The notes beneath the pieces are model-generated. The model was not told the DNA's origin. It saw nothing but the letters and a program-made list of their open reading frames with translations, and did not search any database. A DNA stretch of 64,000 nt from assembly GCA_013239625.1 (NCBI GenBank), contig MU054338.1, forward strand, positions 5,992,724 through 6,056,723, read 5' to 3'. Origin of the DNA: Lama guanicoe (lineage: Eukaryota). The stretch's first letter is position 1. Every line of letters starts with the position of its first letter. A program made the translations under genes and the position numbers. Positions 12,187 to 59,810 of this stretch are shown one piece after another.

Positions 12187-14479
12187 ACACACACACACAC
12201 CACACACACATAGTGGGGTCCTGGAACAGGTGCTGAGCAGCAAATCAGGAAAGCAGAAGAGAGAGAAATAAATATTTATGAAGCTCTAACTATGTGGTTC
12301 TAGAGAGCTCCTGGAGATGGATAACTCGGCCACTCAGATACAGCATGATCAGGGCTATAATGGGGGATGCACTGGCAGCAGTTGGAGGCAGGGATGCCTA
12401 CAAGGGGTCAGACAAGGCATGAGTGGAATCGCGTTCCAGGAGAAGGGAACAGCATTGGGCATCCTCATAACTTCGGGCCATCTCTACAGCCCACCCCGAC
12501 CCAGGGACCAGTGCAGTCCCTCCTCCCAGGTCTGCAGGCTGCCGCCATCAGACCCCACAGTCTGTTCTCCCACAGAGGAGGCCAAAGTCTCCACCAAACT
12601 TTGAGCAGCTTCTGGGGATCACCCCAGCCTCACCCGGCTGAGTCAGGTCTGGCCACACCCCAGAGAAGTACTACTTCGGCAGTCGGGTCTGGCAGGCACC
12701 GGGCTCCAGGTAGCTGGGGCAGGGCTTTTATCTAGAGGGATCCTTGAAGAAGTCATTCCACTAAGCAGGGCTTGGGGTCACCTGGCACATAGCCACCACT
12801 GGCTGGTAGTTGAAATCAGTTCCCACAGAGGCCTGGAGCTGCTGCTTCAGGGCCTGACGGACTTGCTGATGTCTGTGCCTCCTGCTGTGACTGACCACAC
12901 GCCCTCATGGAGTCGATGAAACAGAGACTCAGACAGGTTAAGGGATTTGCCCTGGGTCACACAGCCTGGCCTGGATTGAGCAACCTGACTGGGATTTAGA
13001 GGCAACCACTTTGGGGTCAGGTTCCCTGGGTCACAGATCTGGAATCACAGACCTGACACTGATTCCTTGGGTGAAATGGGGCAAGTCACTCTGCCTCTCT
13101 GGGCCTCAGTTTCCTCATCTGTAAAAGGGGGGTGTGGGAAGGGGGGACAGCACATACACAGGCCCTGAGGTACAGCTGTGTGCCTTAGTGTTTAGAGCAA
13201 CAAGGAAGAGGCGGGTGGCTGGGGTGGAGCGATTAAGGGAGACAATGGAAGAAGGGGAGGGGAGGGAGGTGACAAGAGCAGATCATGTGAGGTCTTGTGG
13301 GCCTTGGTGAGGACTTTGGCTTTTACTCTGAATGAGGTGGGAGCCACAAAGGAGTCTAAGTGGAGGTGTCTTCTGGCTGCCAAGGAGAAAACAAACTGTA
13401 AGGGGTGAGCGTAGGAGCTGGGAAGACCAGGTATGATGGGGGCTGGACTGGAAAGAGGCAGAGAGGAGTGGAGAAATCTGCCAGTCTTTGCTCATCTGCA
13501 TGTTTCCTGCCGAGCACCTCCCAGCAGCCTGAAAGGCAAGGCAAGGACTTTAGCTGGTAAGGCTGCAGGTTGGGGTGGGGCACAGCAGGGAGTGATGGGG
13601 CGTCTCCCAGGCCAAAGTGGCTGGACCACTCCGGCAGGCGCATAGGCTGCTGACACATGTGTGCACATGTCACATGCCAGACTGGGAGTCACCCTGCTGT
13701 GCCCTCAGGAGCCTAGGGCTAAGTGGCAGAGTAAGAGGGTTCCCTCACAATCCAGGTCTCCCTCCTGTGGGCTCAGGATCTGACACTGATCCACTGGGTC
13801 AAGTCACTCTGCTTCTCTGGGCCTCAGTTTTCTTATCTGTAAAAGGGGGTGGATAATGACCACATTCACACACTGGAATGGAACAGCACATGCAAATGCC
13901 CTGAGGTAGAGCAGAGCCCTAGTACTATTCAGCCCCGAATTCTACCTAGCACATTTTCTGACCAGGATTTGAAGGGTCATCAGGAGGAGGCGCCTGCCTG
14001 TGCAAAGGTCAGGAGGTGAGCAAGGAGTTGGCACACACAGAGAATGAGTGGGGACTGGAGACTCCTCTAAGACTGCTGCAATGGGACTGGGAGAAGAACC
14101 ATTAGGAAGAGACTTGAGACCACATATTAGCCAGGATGTCCCCACATCCTCCTTCCAGTGGAGGCGGCAGGGCCAGTCCAGCCTCCTGGACTGGCTCACT
14201 CAGGTCCCACCACCAGGTCCCGTGTCATATCTCTCCGCACCTCGGAGCCCAGCTGGACATCTCTGCCTCTCTCACCCTAGACTGGGAGCACATCTCACGG
14301 AGACCTCTGAGACCCGTAGGCAAGTGCCCAAACTCCCCTGTGCCTCAGTTTACTCATCTGTAAAATGGGGGGCAACGACAGTTCCTTCCACACGTGAGAC
14401 CTGCAGGGCCCTGCTTAATAAACGCTGAAGATTATACTTTTTATAGTACAGATAGATTCCTGGCTAGAGGGCAGAAAGA

Positions 14480-15130
14480 GCATCCCCGGGGAGTCCGAGA
14501 TCCCCCCCCCCCGCCCCCCGCCCCGCCCCCCCCCTCCCCNNNNNNNNNNNNNNNNNNNNNNNNCCCCAAAGGACCGCACCCCTCCGGCCGGCAGGGGCAG
14601 CACGGAGCGGCCTGGGACACCCGGAAGGGCCCCGCCCCCAGCCCCGCCCAGCCCGGGCTGCCCAGAGCCGGGAGGCGGCGGCGGCGGCGGCGGCCACGGC
14701 GGGGAGGGGGCGCGAAACAGGTAGTGCGGCCGCCGGGCCCACCTCGGGCCGCCCCCACGTGTCTGAGCCCCGCCCCGGGGCGGCCCGGCGCCCCCCAGCC
14801 TGGGCGCCCCCCATTCAAGCCCCTTCCGCCTTCACCCGGTCCGGCCCGCTTCCTCCGGCCCGGGGCGGCGGCGGCGGCGGCGGCGGGGGCAGGCGAGGAG
14901 GGCGACGGGGGTCCGGGCTGGGGGTCGCGTCGGGGCGGCGGGCGCGATGGCGTCTGAGGTCCTCCCTCGGAACGGGTGGGACTCGTGGGGGCGTGTCCGG
15001 GGGCCTTCCTGGAGGAGGCGGCGCGGGGAAAGCCTTGCCCGGCGCCCTCTGCGCCTCCTCCCCAGCTTCTGGCCCCTCCCAGGTCCCCGAGCCCCAGGGC
15101 GTGGGAGTTGGGGGCTCTTTTCGTCCCATC
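14480..15130 (+). promoter_or_regulatory. DOCK6: DOCK6 CpG-island promoter / exon 1 region (partly misassembled)
   Basis: Very GC/CpG-rich, with GC boxes and (GGC)n runs. AACAG|GTAGTG at 14716-14726 has the phase-2 end expected for exon 1 (..N-R). Confidence 0.8.
14540..14563. other. Assembly gap (24 N)
   Basis: Run of n flanked by poly-C. Confidence 1.
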
Positions 15131-18100
15131 CTCTGTGCCTGGTGTGGGGCAGGGATGCTCCAGGCGCCGGCTTTTAGGAACTGAGATGGTGCTTCTGGCG
15201 TCCTTTGAACCCCCTCGGGAAGTTTCCCGTGCTTAGGACCCGCCAGGGTCCTGTGCCCAGCTGTCTCTGGGGGGTAAGGGACAGCTGGGGATGTCCCCCC
15301 GCCCCCAGCCCTGCTTCAGGCTCTCCCAGCACCGCCTGGACGCGCTGGAGATGCATGGGTGATTGAATAGAAGGAGTGGGGGCTGGGGACAGAACCAGCT
15401 GGTGGGCAGACGGGGGAGGGGACAGGCGCCAGGCGCTGGGGGATCCATTTCCTTGGCCACTGGAGATTGTAAGGCTCTGCCTGGGAGGGGGATGTCAGAC
15501 TCTCTGGGGCTGAAGAACCTCCCCGTCATGGGGGGTCTGTGCCTCTGTTGTGTGTTCAGTTTTCCTTTCCCTCTGATATTTTATTTATTTTATTTTTATT
15601 TTCTGTAAGTGGGTTCGGAATCTGCTCAGGAGTCCCCTCCACGGGGGACTACCCCCCTCGGTGAAAGAGCCTGTGTGTCCAGCACTAGCTTGATGGAGAC
15701 ACAAGAAAAGATCCCACCCTTGGGGGCAGCTATAGCGGGGGAGACAGAAGCAGCAGGATAAAGTAGATTATATGTTAGTGGTAAGTCGTAATGGGACTTG
15801 TGGGACAGAGAAGGGAGATGGGGAGTTTGGGATCTACTCTGGGAGGCAGGTCCGGAAGGCCTGGATGAGAAGGTGACATGAAAGCAAAGATCTGAAGGAG
15901 GTGAGGGAGGGGCTCATACCCAGATGTGGGGGAAGAGCAGTCCAAACACAGGGAAGGACAAGTGCAAAGGCCCAGAGGCAGAAGCAGGCATAGCAAGAGC
16001 AATCTGTGGTGGCAGAGCGAGGAAGGGTGCAGTGGGATCAAGCTGTGCAGGGCCTTGTGGAGAGGAGTTTAACTTTTTACCCTCAATGAGGTGGGAGCCA
16101 TGAAGAGCTCAGAACAGAGGAGGGGCATTGTGACCTGGTGTCTGGGGCACAGTGGTTGGGCAGTTTTTACGTTGTTATCTGTCTGAATTGTCCCTCTGTC
16201 TGGGACCTTTGGTGTTTCTGAGCCTGGATACATGATTATTGTCTGTTTCTTTGCCTCTGGGTCCCTATGTCCTTGGGTCCTGGCTTCCACATAAGGGGAA
16301 AAGGGGCCCTGAATTCCGCCCTGGGAAATGGATACTGTAGAGCCCAGAGTAAGAAGAGCAGAGAAAGATCCTGGGATCCCAGTGAGCCACAATCAAATGG
16401 CTCAAATCTTCCAGCCACCCTCGGACAAATTCTCCACAGCAGCCTAGTGGGCACCCAGGCGTATACATGCTCAGACCTAGGCCTGTATTCATCAGCTGGT
16501 TCGCTCAATCATTCATTCCACAAATGCCATATTAACCTGAATATTAGACAGTCCCCTGGTTTCCTATTGAAAGGATTCTTTTAAAACAAAGATTTGGGGG
16601 GACAACTTAAAAATCCAGACTCTTATGAATGTAAATCACATGGACAAACGTTACTGCATGCAGCGGAAAGTTCATTTTTTCCACTTGTACTATGTAAAAT
16701 AAAATCTGATCTAGAAAGGTGATAATGACCAACATTTATAATGTGCTTTGTGCATGCTGGTCCCCATCTGAGATGTCACTAATTGTCACCAGAGCCTGTT
16801 GACATTCGTAGAACTATTGAAACCTAGACTCAAAGTGTTTAAGTCACTCTCAAGGGTCTCTGGTAGGAAAATGATCCCAGGAGCATGTGGCTCCAGAGTC
16901 CAGAACAGTCTCAGAAACCTTTCCCTGCACTCATATCCCCAAGCGTGTCCATTCCTTCCTCCCAGGCACCTGACAGCAGCATCTTCATTCTCCCCTCAGT
17001 TGTCTGATGTGAGGCAATTTGCGTTTCTCACTTAAAGAAATAATGATTTGTTCAAGGGCTGGGAGTGCAATGAGATGTACATCAACAGAATCCCAAAAGT
17101 ACCTCTGGGATTTCAAGGAAATCGCCCTCCCACCCTTGTCCTCAAATATATCTGCAAACTCGAGCACATGCCTAGATTATTTTTGGTACCTTTTAAAGAA
17201 TTATGATGGATGACATGCATACAGAGAAATGCAAAGTTTAAAGAATTATTATGAAACAAATGCCAGGGGAAAAACCACCTGAGTGAAGACAGGGGCTGTC
17301 TCCACCTTCCTGAGCCTCCCCACTCCAGCACTCCCCTCCCCTGGTGATCTGTACTTGGCTCTGTCCCTCAGGGAACTGCCATGCTGATGGTGGTTACTGT
17401 CCCTTCCTCATTTGCATAATGGTTTCTCCATCCAAGTTATCTGTCTATGTCCTGTGGGTTGGTTTTGCCTGTTTAGAACATCCTACAAATGGAACCATAT
17501 GGGATGTCCAGTCCTGTCTGCTAGCATAATGCCAGGAGGAGGACTCCTCTGTGCCGCTGCCTGTAGCCAGGCGTGTCCTTTTTCATTGCTGCATATTATT
17601 CTGAAGCTTGTGTGTTCTCCATCTTTGGTCAAGGAACATGTGAGTTGTTTCACTTCCGGGCTGTCATGATCAGAGCTGCGGTGAACATTCCCAGCCATGT
17701 TTTTCCTCCTGAGTATCTGTGCCTCAGAGTGGAATTGCTGGATTGGCAGATCTTCAACTTGGCTTGTTAATTACAGGTGGTTTTCCAGAGGGGTTCCCCT
17801 AGCAGTGGAGGAGAGTTCCGATTGCTCTGGATCCTTGCTGGCACTCATATTATTTGTCTTTAAGTCTTTCTGCCAGTCCAGGAGGGGTAGGGTGGGATGT
17901 AAAGAGGAATCTCTTTAGGGTTTTATGTTTATTCATTTTCTTCCCCACTTTTTGCAGAAGTGGGAACACAGTATCTGAGGCTTATGTCATTCTTGTTTCT
18001 GGTTTTATTGTCCTCCTCCCCTGAAAGGATAGACCTCTGTTAATCTAGCCAGTCCTGGGATGAGGTCTCACGTGAATTCCAGCGATGCCACTGCTTCATC

Positions 18101-18273
18101 TTTCCCCTCTGAGTGTCTCTTGAGCATCACCTGGGGGTGTTGAGTTTTCACCATAGTAGGGTTTATCTCACCAATAGCTGTAACCCACTACCTGATCTTT
18201 CCAGTTTCCCTTACTGAATTCTGAGATCACTTCAGGAGAAAAACCATTAAATCCAGCTCAAGATTTTGCCTCC

Positions 18274-18500
18274 TTTTTTTTTCTTTCTTTCTTTTTTTCT
18301 TTTTTTTTCTTTCTTTTTTTTTTTTTGAGTAAAGGTAGATTTATTTAGAAAGATACATACTGCATAGAGTATAAAGCAAGAGAAAGGCAAGGAAAGAGGT
18401 GTGGGAGTTGGGTGCTCAGGTTAAAGTAAAAGTAGGTACACACTCCATGGACAGAGTGCGGGCCATCTCCGAAGGGGAGGAAGCAGAAAAAAGGGCTGCC
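18274..18500 (-). mobile_element. Polyadenylated retroposed insert (LTR-like body) with target-site duplication
   Basis: T-rich tail 18274-18326, minus-strand AATAAA 18340-18345, TTTGCCTCC at 18265-18273 and 18501-18509. Confidence 0.6.
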
Positions 18501-21083
18501 TTTGCCTCCCTTTTTGAAATGTGCTCCATGGGGGCATCTGAAGCAGATCTGATGGGGGCAGATGAGAAAGAAAGGAGTTTGGGATGACTCCCAGGTGTGG
18601 GTCCTGAGAATCCAAGAGGGTGGGGCTGCCCTTAGTGACACGGGGGGGATGGTGGGAGGGCAGGTTATGGTCATATTGCTGCAGGATACCTGCAGGACCC
18701 CAATGTGAGCATGCACAGGAGGCAGGTGAGACACAGGATGGATCTGAGGATTTGTTTAGACAGTTTTGAAGCACTGAGGCTGGATGGGACTGCTCTTGGG
18801 GAGGGGGGTGGCCTGAGTGTGGGCAGAGGAGCAGAGAAGGGGCAGGTTCTGGAGCCCCAGTTCTTGGCCCTGCTCCCTGTCATGGGTGACGCAGAAGAAC
18901 TGAAGGACCTCCAGCTGGCCAGGGTTTGATTCTGGGCACCTCTGTGTTCTGCTGTGTGACCCTGGGTGCCTCACAACCCCTCTCTGAGCCTCACTCACCT
19001 TTGGTATAAAAACCAAGGTCAGAAATTCCAGTTCCCCAGGATGCTCTTTGAGGCAATGTGGTGACAGTGAGCCTTAATTGAGCACTTACTGTGTGCCAAG
19101 CCCTACACTCAGAACAGCTTAGTAAGTGATGGGTACTCTCCCAAACCCAGAGGTCCAGCGAAGGGAAGTCACTCACCCCAACTTGTCCAGCTCCAAGTGC
19201 AGAGCCCTGTGACCCAGTAAACTGGCTCCGTGGCCGTACCGTTATGGACCCAGCCTTTTCCCACTCTGGGGGCCTCACTCTGAGGCCACTGGCAAATGAA
19301 GCTGGAGGCCCAGCTTCCTACCCACCCCCTGCTCTGAGGCAGCAGCTGCAGAACAGCTGGGACCAGGGCACAGACAAGTCCAGCATCTTTCATAACTCAC
19401 CCCTCAGCCCTGCGTGCCCAGGCTTCCAGAGGAGGTGGCCCCAACCTGGGGGATTTGAGGACAAATCCCTAATTTTTCACATCCTTTGAATTTCCTGCAA
19501 GCTCCTCTTCCCCTCCCCTATCCCCCACCCAAGCCAATAGAAGCAAGACTCTGAGACAGTTGACAGAGGCAATAGAATACAGGGACAGAGAAGGAAGGAG
19601 GCTGGGGATCAGGGTTGTGGTCAAGTTTTGTTTGAACCACGTGGATTTGAATTCAGAAGCTTCCAGACAGGCCTGAAGCTCTCAATTGGCCCTACCCTAC
19701 CCGACACCTGCCTTGCCTGGGCTTACCACACATATCCATCTCATTGGTGGCTCACAGCTGTGTTTGCAGTCCTCAGCGTAGTGCTGTACAGGGCACAACT
19801 TTTCATTAAGAAAATTTCCAAGGAAAGAGAAAAATGAGAAGTAGGAGGACTTGAGGCCTAAACCCCTGGGCAATTGCCTTCTTGATTTTAAGAGACCAAG
19901 GCCCAGAAAGGTTGTCCCACCTGCCTGAAGCCACACAGCTAAACGATAAGGGGCTTCCCCCAATTTACAGTAGGTTTAGGCAAGTTGAACCAAGAGGGAG
20001 ATTGGGAGGGATTTATTCATTCCATCAAAAAAGTGCATTTATTGAGCATTCACTAAATGTGGGGTTCAGCGCTGGGGCCTCTGTGGGAACCACACAGTCC
20101 TAGTTCTGTCTTGACGAGGGAGCAGGGTTCTCCATGCCCAGAGCACAGAGCCCAGCCTCAGTGCCTTCGCACCTGCTGTTCCCTCTGGCTGGCACACTCT
20201 TTCCCTGGATAACTGCCTGGCTCTCTTTCTTGCCCCTCCTTCCAAGCTCAGCTGAAGGAATTGAACCTGGGGAGTCCCTGCCCCTTTAGGGTTCATTCCA
20301 AACTCCTGTGCTGGCCCCTCCCCTGTGGGTCTTGCCCCTTCACTCTCATCCACTGTGACTTTGAAGGCCAGAGCAGATGCTGGGGCGGCCCAGGAAGGCC
20401 ACGGCACTGACCTTGGTTGCTGGGTGATGCTCACACGGTCAGCCCCATCTCAGACTCCCTGAGAAGGTGTGTGTGTGTGGAGCACCTACTGATTGCCAGG
20501 CCCCCTGCTCAGCTCTGCATAACAGCCATGTGAGGCCTGGGCAGCTACAGATGGGAAAACTGAGGCTTAGACGCAGGAATGACTTGTCCCCCAAGAGTAG
20601 AACAGGGCTCACTTCCTGGGTGGAGGCCAGGGGGCAGGCGCCAGGGTAGGCAGAGGTCCCCCAAATGAAGAAGTGGAGGCCAGGGGCCAGCAGGCCTCTC
20701 TCCAGGCCTGGAAGCCAGTCCAGGCAGGGCAGGACTCAGACCCCTGGGGCCAGGTGGGAAGAGAGAAGTGGGGATCAGTGACCCTCAGGCCCCACCCAGT
20801 GGGAGCTCCCGATCTGTACTTGGAGGCAGGAAGAGGGTGCAGCAGGCGATGTGTCTGCCCCAGCCTTGGGACCCACACACTGAGATTGGAGGATCCCCGA
20901 GACCCGGGTTCTTTTGGCCTGTGGTCTGTTTTATTCTTTCTGCAGCCTGGAGTTTCCTCTCTCCAGGAAGAGAGAACTCTGTTTCCTCTCATAGAGTGAA
21001 CATGTTTGCCCCAAAGCCTGGGTTCCCAGGGCCCCACTGCCCAAGTTTTCCTGCCCTCAGTGGCCCTCTTCCTGTCCCTGCAG

Positions 21084-54495
<33,412 letters not shown>

Positions 54496-54674
54496 GCCCA
54501 CAAGGCCTGAAGCCACACCCAGAGGAGCCAGCACCTTGACCTCAGCTGTCTGCCTTCCTGAGAGTCTCCCCCACTGTGGGGTGACCACATTGCACGTGGG
54601 GCTGGGCCCTCTGTCCCTCTGTTCTTGTCTGTGTGCACTGATGCTTCTCACCTTTTCTAATTTAAAGTGGTTTT

Positions 54675-54680
54675 TATAAA
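54675..54680 (+). terminator. DOCK6: Probable DOCK6 poly(A) signal (variant TATAAA)
   Basis: U-rich upstream sequence, TATAAA, then GU-rich GCGTGGTGTGGT; no AATAAA seen nearby. Confidence 0.5.
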
Positions 54681-55129
54681 CAGCTTGCGTGGTGTGGTCC
54701 CTAGGGGCTGGGTCCTGTGTGCTCACTACCTGCACCCCCTGACTGTTGATACAAAGACACTGAGAACTAATTGGGTGCCAGGGACACAGCAGGAACAAAT
54801 CCCCTGTCTAGTGGGGAATGCAACGCACAAATGACAATGTCACATGTGTGCACAGAGAATGCTTGCTGAGTGCCCAGCCCTGTATAATTGGCTCCCAGAA
54901 AGACGCTGCCCCCTCCCCCTGTTCTTGGGCCTTTCTGCCTGAGGGAACCTCCATTAGGGCCTTGCCTCATGGTTAGTGAATCTTCTCCACACCACTGTTA
55001 GTCAGGCAGCATTCTTAACCCCGTTTTACAGATGGGGAAACTGAGGCAGCAGAAAGTTAAAAGGCTTGGTGGTGTTGGAGCCTAGGTCTTGCTGGCCATG
55101 GAGCCCAGGCCTGAGCTACGCCTGTGCAA

Positions 55130-56200
55130 CCTAGCGCTGACCCAGCACCCCCCTCCCCCGCCTTCCCGCCCCGCGGTGGTCACGCCACCATGTACCAGGC
55201 CTGCGCTGGGCGGCTTCCAGCCCTAGGCCGGCTGGGGGAGGGGTGACCTCCCACAGCCACCACCACCGCCCGCCCTCCGCGCCCTCCAAATGGGGGGACC
55301 TTGCCCCGGGGGCTGGAGGAGGGGGCGAGGCCGGGCACCCCCACGAGGACACACACACCTGCCGTCCAGGTGCAATCGTGTCTCCTCCCCATCCCCCTCC
55401 ACCGTGGCGGGGCCAAAGGCGACTAGAGGGGGCGGGTCGGCCCAGAGGGGGCGGGGCGGGGGCGGAGCTACCAGTGAGGGCCGCTTGGCCGGGCGGCGGC
55501 GCGCGGAGGACGCACGGGCGGCGGGACTCTGGGACGGCAGCGGCTGGAGCGCGGGAGGCGAGTAGGACCCGGGCTGGGTCGGGGTTCGAGTCCGGTTCGG
55601 GGTTCGAGCGTAGTCCCCATCCCACCCTACCCCACCTCCAATCCCGGGGCGGGATCTCGCCGGTCTCTACCAGCTGCTACCTCCAACTCCATCAACTATG
55701 CCCAAACTTTCCGGACTTTTGAGTGTTTCGGTCCCCGTGCCTCTGTCCCGTTCGCATCTTTGACCCTGTCCCTGCTTCTCTCCCCCAACCCCATCTCCCA
55801 TCTGTACCTCCGTGTCCCTTTGCTCCATCACTGCCTCCCCTCTGCTCCTCTCCCATGTCTCCGTCCTCCTTTCTATCTCAGCCTCGCCACCTCCCCCCTC
55901 GTCTGTCCTCCTTCGCCCTCCTTCGCGGCCGGGCCAGAGCCAGGCCCCAGGCGGCGGGAAGGCGGCCGAGCGTCCGGCCAGGCTGGGCCTCGGCCTGGCT
56001 GCTGAGCCGGTGTGGGGAGCGGCAGCTGTTTGCCATTAGCAGGGGACCCCGCAGGCCCCGCCCCCTCCCTGCACGGGGCGGGGGTCCCCCTCGCTCCTGT
56101 CTTTGGGGCGGGGAGAGGGGAGGGAAGACCCCAGAGACGCCCAGGCTGGTCTGGGAGAGGGGCTTTAGAAAGACCCCGCCCGACATTCAGGCCTGCCCCG
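55130..56200 (+). promoter_or_regulatory. KANK2: KANK2 CpG-island promoter with GC boxes
   Basis: CpG-rich; GGGGCGGGGCGGGGGCGG at about 55447-55465. Confidence 0.85.
55472..55557 (+). other. KANK2: KANK2 non-coding exon 1 (start approximate; GC donor AG|GCGAGT)
   Basis: Follows the GC boxes; resembles recalled human KANK2 5'UTR; AG|GCGAGT at 55556-55563. Confidence 0.6.
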
Positions 56201-56865
56201 AACGCAGCACCCCTTCCCAGGTCCTCCTACCTATCCCCTGTTGGGATGTCCTGTCTCCCTTTCTCTCCATATTTCTCTGTCCTTTCCCGTGTCCTCCCCA
56301 AAGTCCAGGAGTCCTATAAAGGGAGAGGAACCTCAGCCACAGACACCCACCGCCACTACACTTCCCCCCACCATCTTCTTTGTCCACGTTGAGTCCACAC
56401 GGAGGATAGATGACTGGAGACTCTCAGACCTCAGTCTGGCTGTCTGGGAAATGGGCAGAGGGATGTGGAGAAGGAGGTGAGGGTGGCTTGGCTGGCAGTG
56501 GGGTAATCCATCAGGCTTAGGATTCAAATCCAGACCCAGCCACTTCCCGCTTCAGTGACCCTGGGCAAGTCACGGTGCATTCCTGTGCCCCCAGGTACCT
56601 CCTCTGTAAAACTGGGTGATAGCTACCTACCTGGTAGGGTTGTGTTGATCAAATGAGTTGCCAGGATGATGATTATAGTTAATATTGTTATTCACCCCAC
56701 TCCTCTCCACCTCCAGGGGTCCCCGCAGGGGACCGTTCCTGCTCCCTGCCTCTGGTCTCTCTCAGGTCCCCAGAAAATATTTTTGATCAACTCTCTGTTG
56801 TGCATGGGGTGAGCCTCGAGGCAGGTGGAAAACCAAATTTCCTACAATCAGTGACTGTGTTCCAG

Positions 56866-57110
56866 GTATTGAAAGACGGAGAAGTGAGGACAGAGACGCG
56901 GAGAGACAGGGAGAGAGAAGTGAAGAGAGACGCAGAGAGACAGACGTGGAGAGACGCAGAGAGACAGACGTGGAGAGACGCAGAGACGGGGAGAGAGACG
57001 AAGTAAGACACAAAGCAAGTGGGGCGTGAGACAGGACAAGCTCGGCTGCCCCTGGAGCCCCAGCCCCGCCTTCATGCCCGGCAGGTGCCCCATCTGGCCC
57101 ATCCTCCCAG
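56866..57110 (+). other. KANK2: KANK2 5'UTR exon 2 (GA-rich)
   Basis: ttccag|GTATTGAAAGAC...ATCCTCCCAG|gtacgc; resembles recalled human KANK2 5'UTR. Confidence 0.75.
56925..56986 (+). repeat. 24-bp tandem repeat (GAGAGACGCAGAGAGACAGACGTG) x about 2.6
   Basis: Direct reading of the sequence. Confidence 0.9.
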
Positions 57111-58158
57111 GTACGCCCTGCCCTGGCACCCATAGGCTGGAAAAGGTCCTCTCTGGTGGTGGTTTGGGCTAGGACCTCCACAGCAGGGTGACTAGAAGTC
57201 AGACAACAGAAAGGACTGGCCAAACTCAGGAGGAGTGTTGGGGACAAAAGTGCCCTGGCAGGCCTCCAGGGATGGGGGGGTGGGTTAGTGAGAGGCCCTG
57301 ATTGTCTCTCTTCTTTGCAGCCTCCAGGCATCCCCTCTGACTTCCTCCTCCCACCCCTGTGACTTCCCGGGCCTTCACCCGGCCTTCTGTCCCTGCTGCG
57401 CCCCCAAGCCTCCAGCCGGACGCATCCTGAGGGGGGAGCAGGAAGTTCTCGTGTAGCCCGGCAGCGAAACTGTTTATTTTTAGAGAAAATTGTTTCCATA
57501 AAGGGGAAAGGCTTTACTCCTCATTGCCTACCCTCAACTTTCCCTACCACTCCCCCACCCCTGCCTGGCCTGACCCAGCTCTGCTTTGGGGTCCCCAGCC
57601 CTGAGCTCTAGTTCTCTTTGTGCCCCTGTGTCTCTGTCTCCCAGAGTCCTTGCAGGAAGACTGTCTCCCCATTAGTGCCCCAACCCTCTGCCCACCTAAG
57701 CCCCCATCTGTCCCGGTAGCCAGCTCTTGGCCTGGGCTGGGGGGGAGGTGCAGGAAGGGTGGGGCCTGTCGGGCTTAGGCCCCCATCCTCTGGCCCTGGG
57801 GGGGGGTGGGCCTTGTGGAGGCGGGGCTGTGGGAACAGCTGGAGCCTGTCCAGGGGCTGGACAGATGTGCGGGCGGACCGTGAGGATTGGTTTCTTTGTT
57901 CCAGGCCATGGGGGCCCCCCACCCCTTTCCACAGCCAGGCCGGGTGTGTGCCTATGAGAGGGTCCCACGCACGGGGGAAGGGGGAAGTTCCAGGGGAGAC
58001 AGTGATAGAGGGGGGTGGCCACATCCCCTTCCCTCCCCGCGCAGACTCCTGACTCCAGGCTCCATCACACCCCTTTCCCAGGTAAGCCTCAGCCTGTGCT
58101 GCAGGCAGTCTGACTCACGTCCCCCAAGTGACTCTCGAGGAACATCTGCAGCAAGAGG

Positions 58159-59810
<1,652 letters not shown>

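Noticed and set aside
1..14400. Protein-coding gene upstream of DOCK6
   Set aside because: Dominated by L1, L2, MIR, LTR and SINE fragments; the short ORFs show no recognisable homology or exon chain.
56762..57499. 245-aa minus-strand ORF with LRLSTSVS repeats
   Set aside because: Antisense translation of the GA-rich 24-bp repeat in the KANK2 5'UTR exon; no coding evidence.
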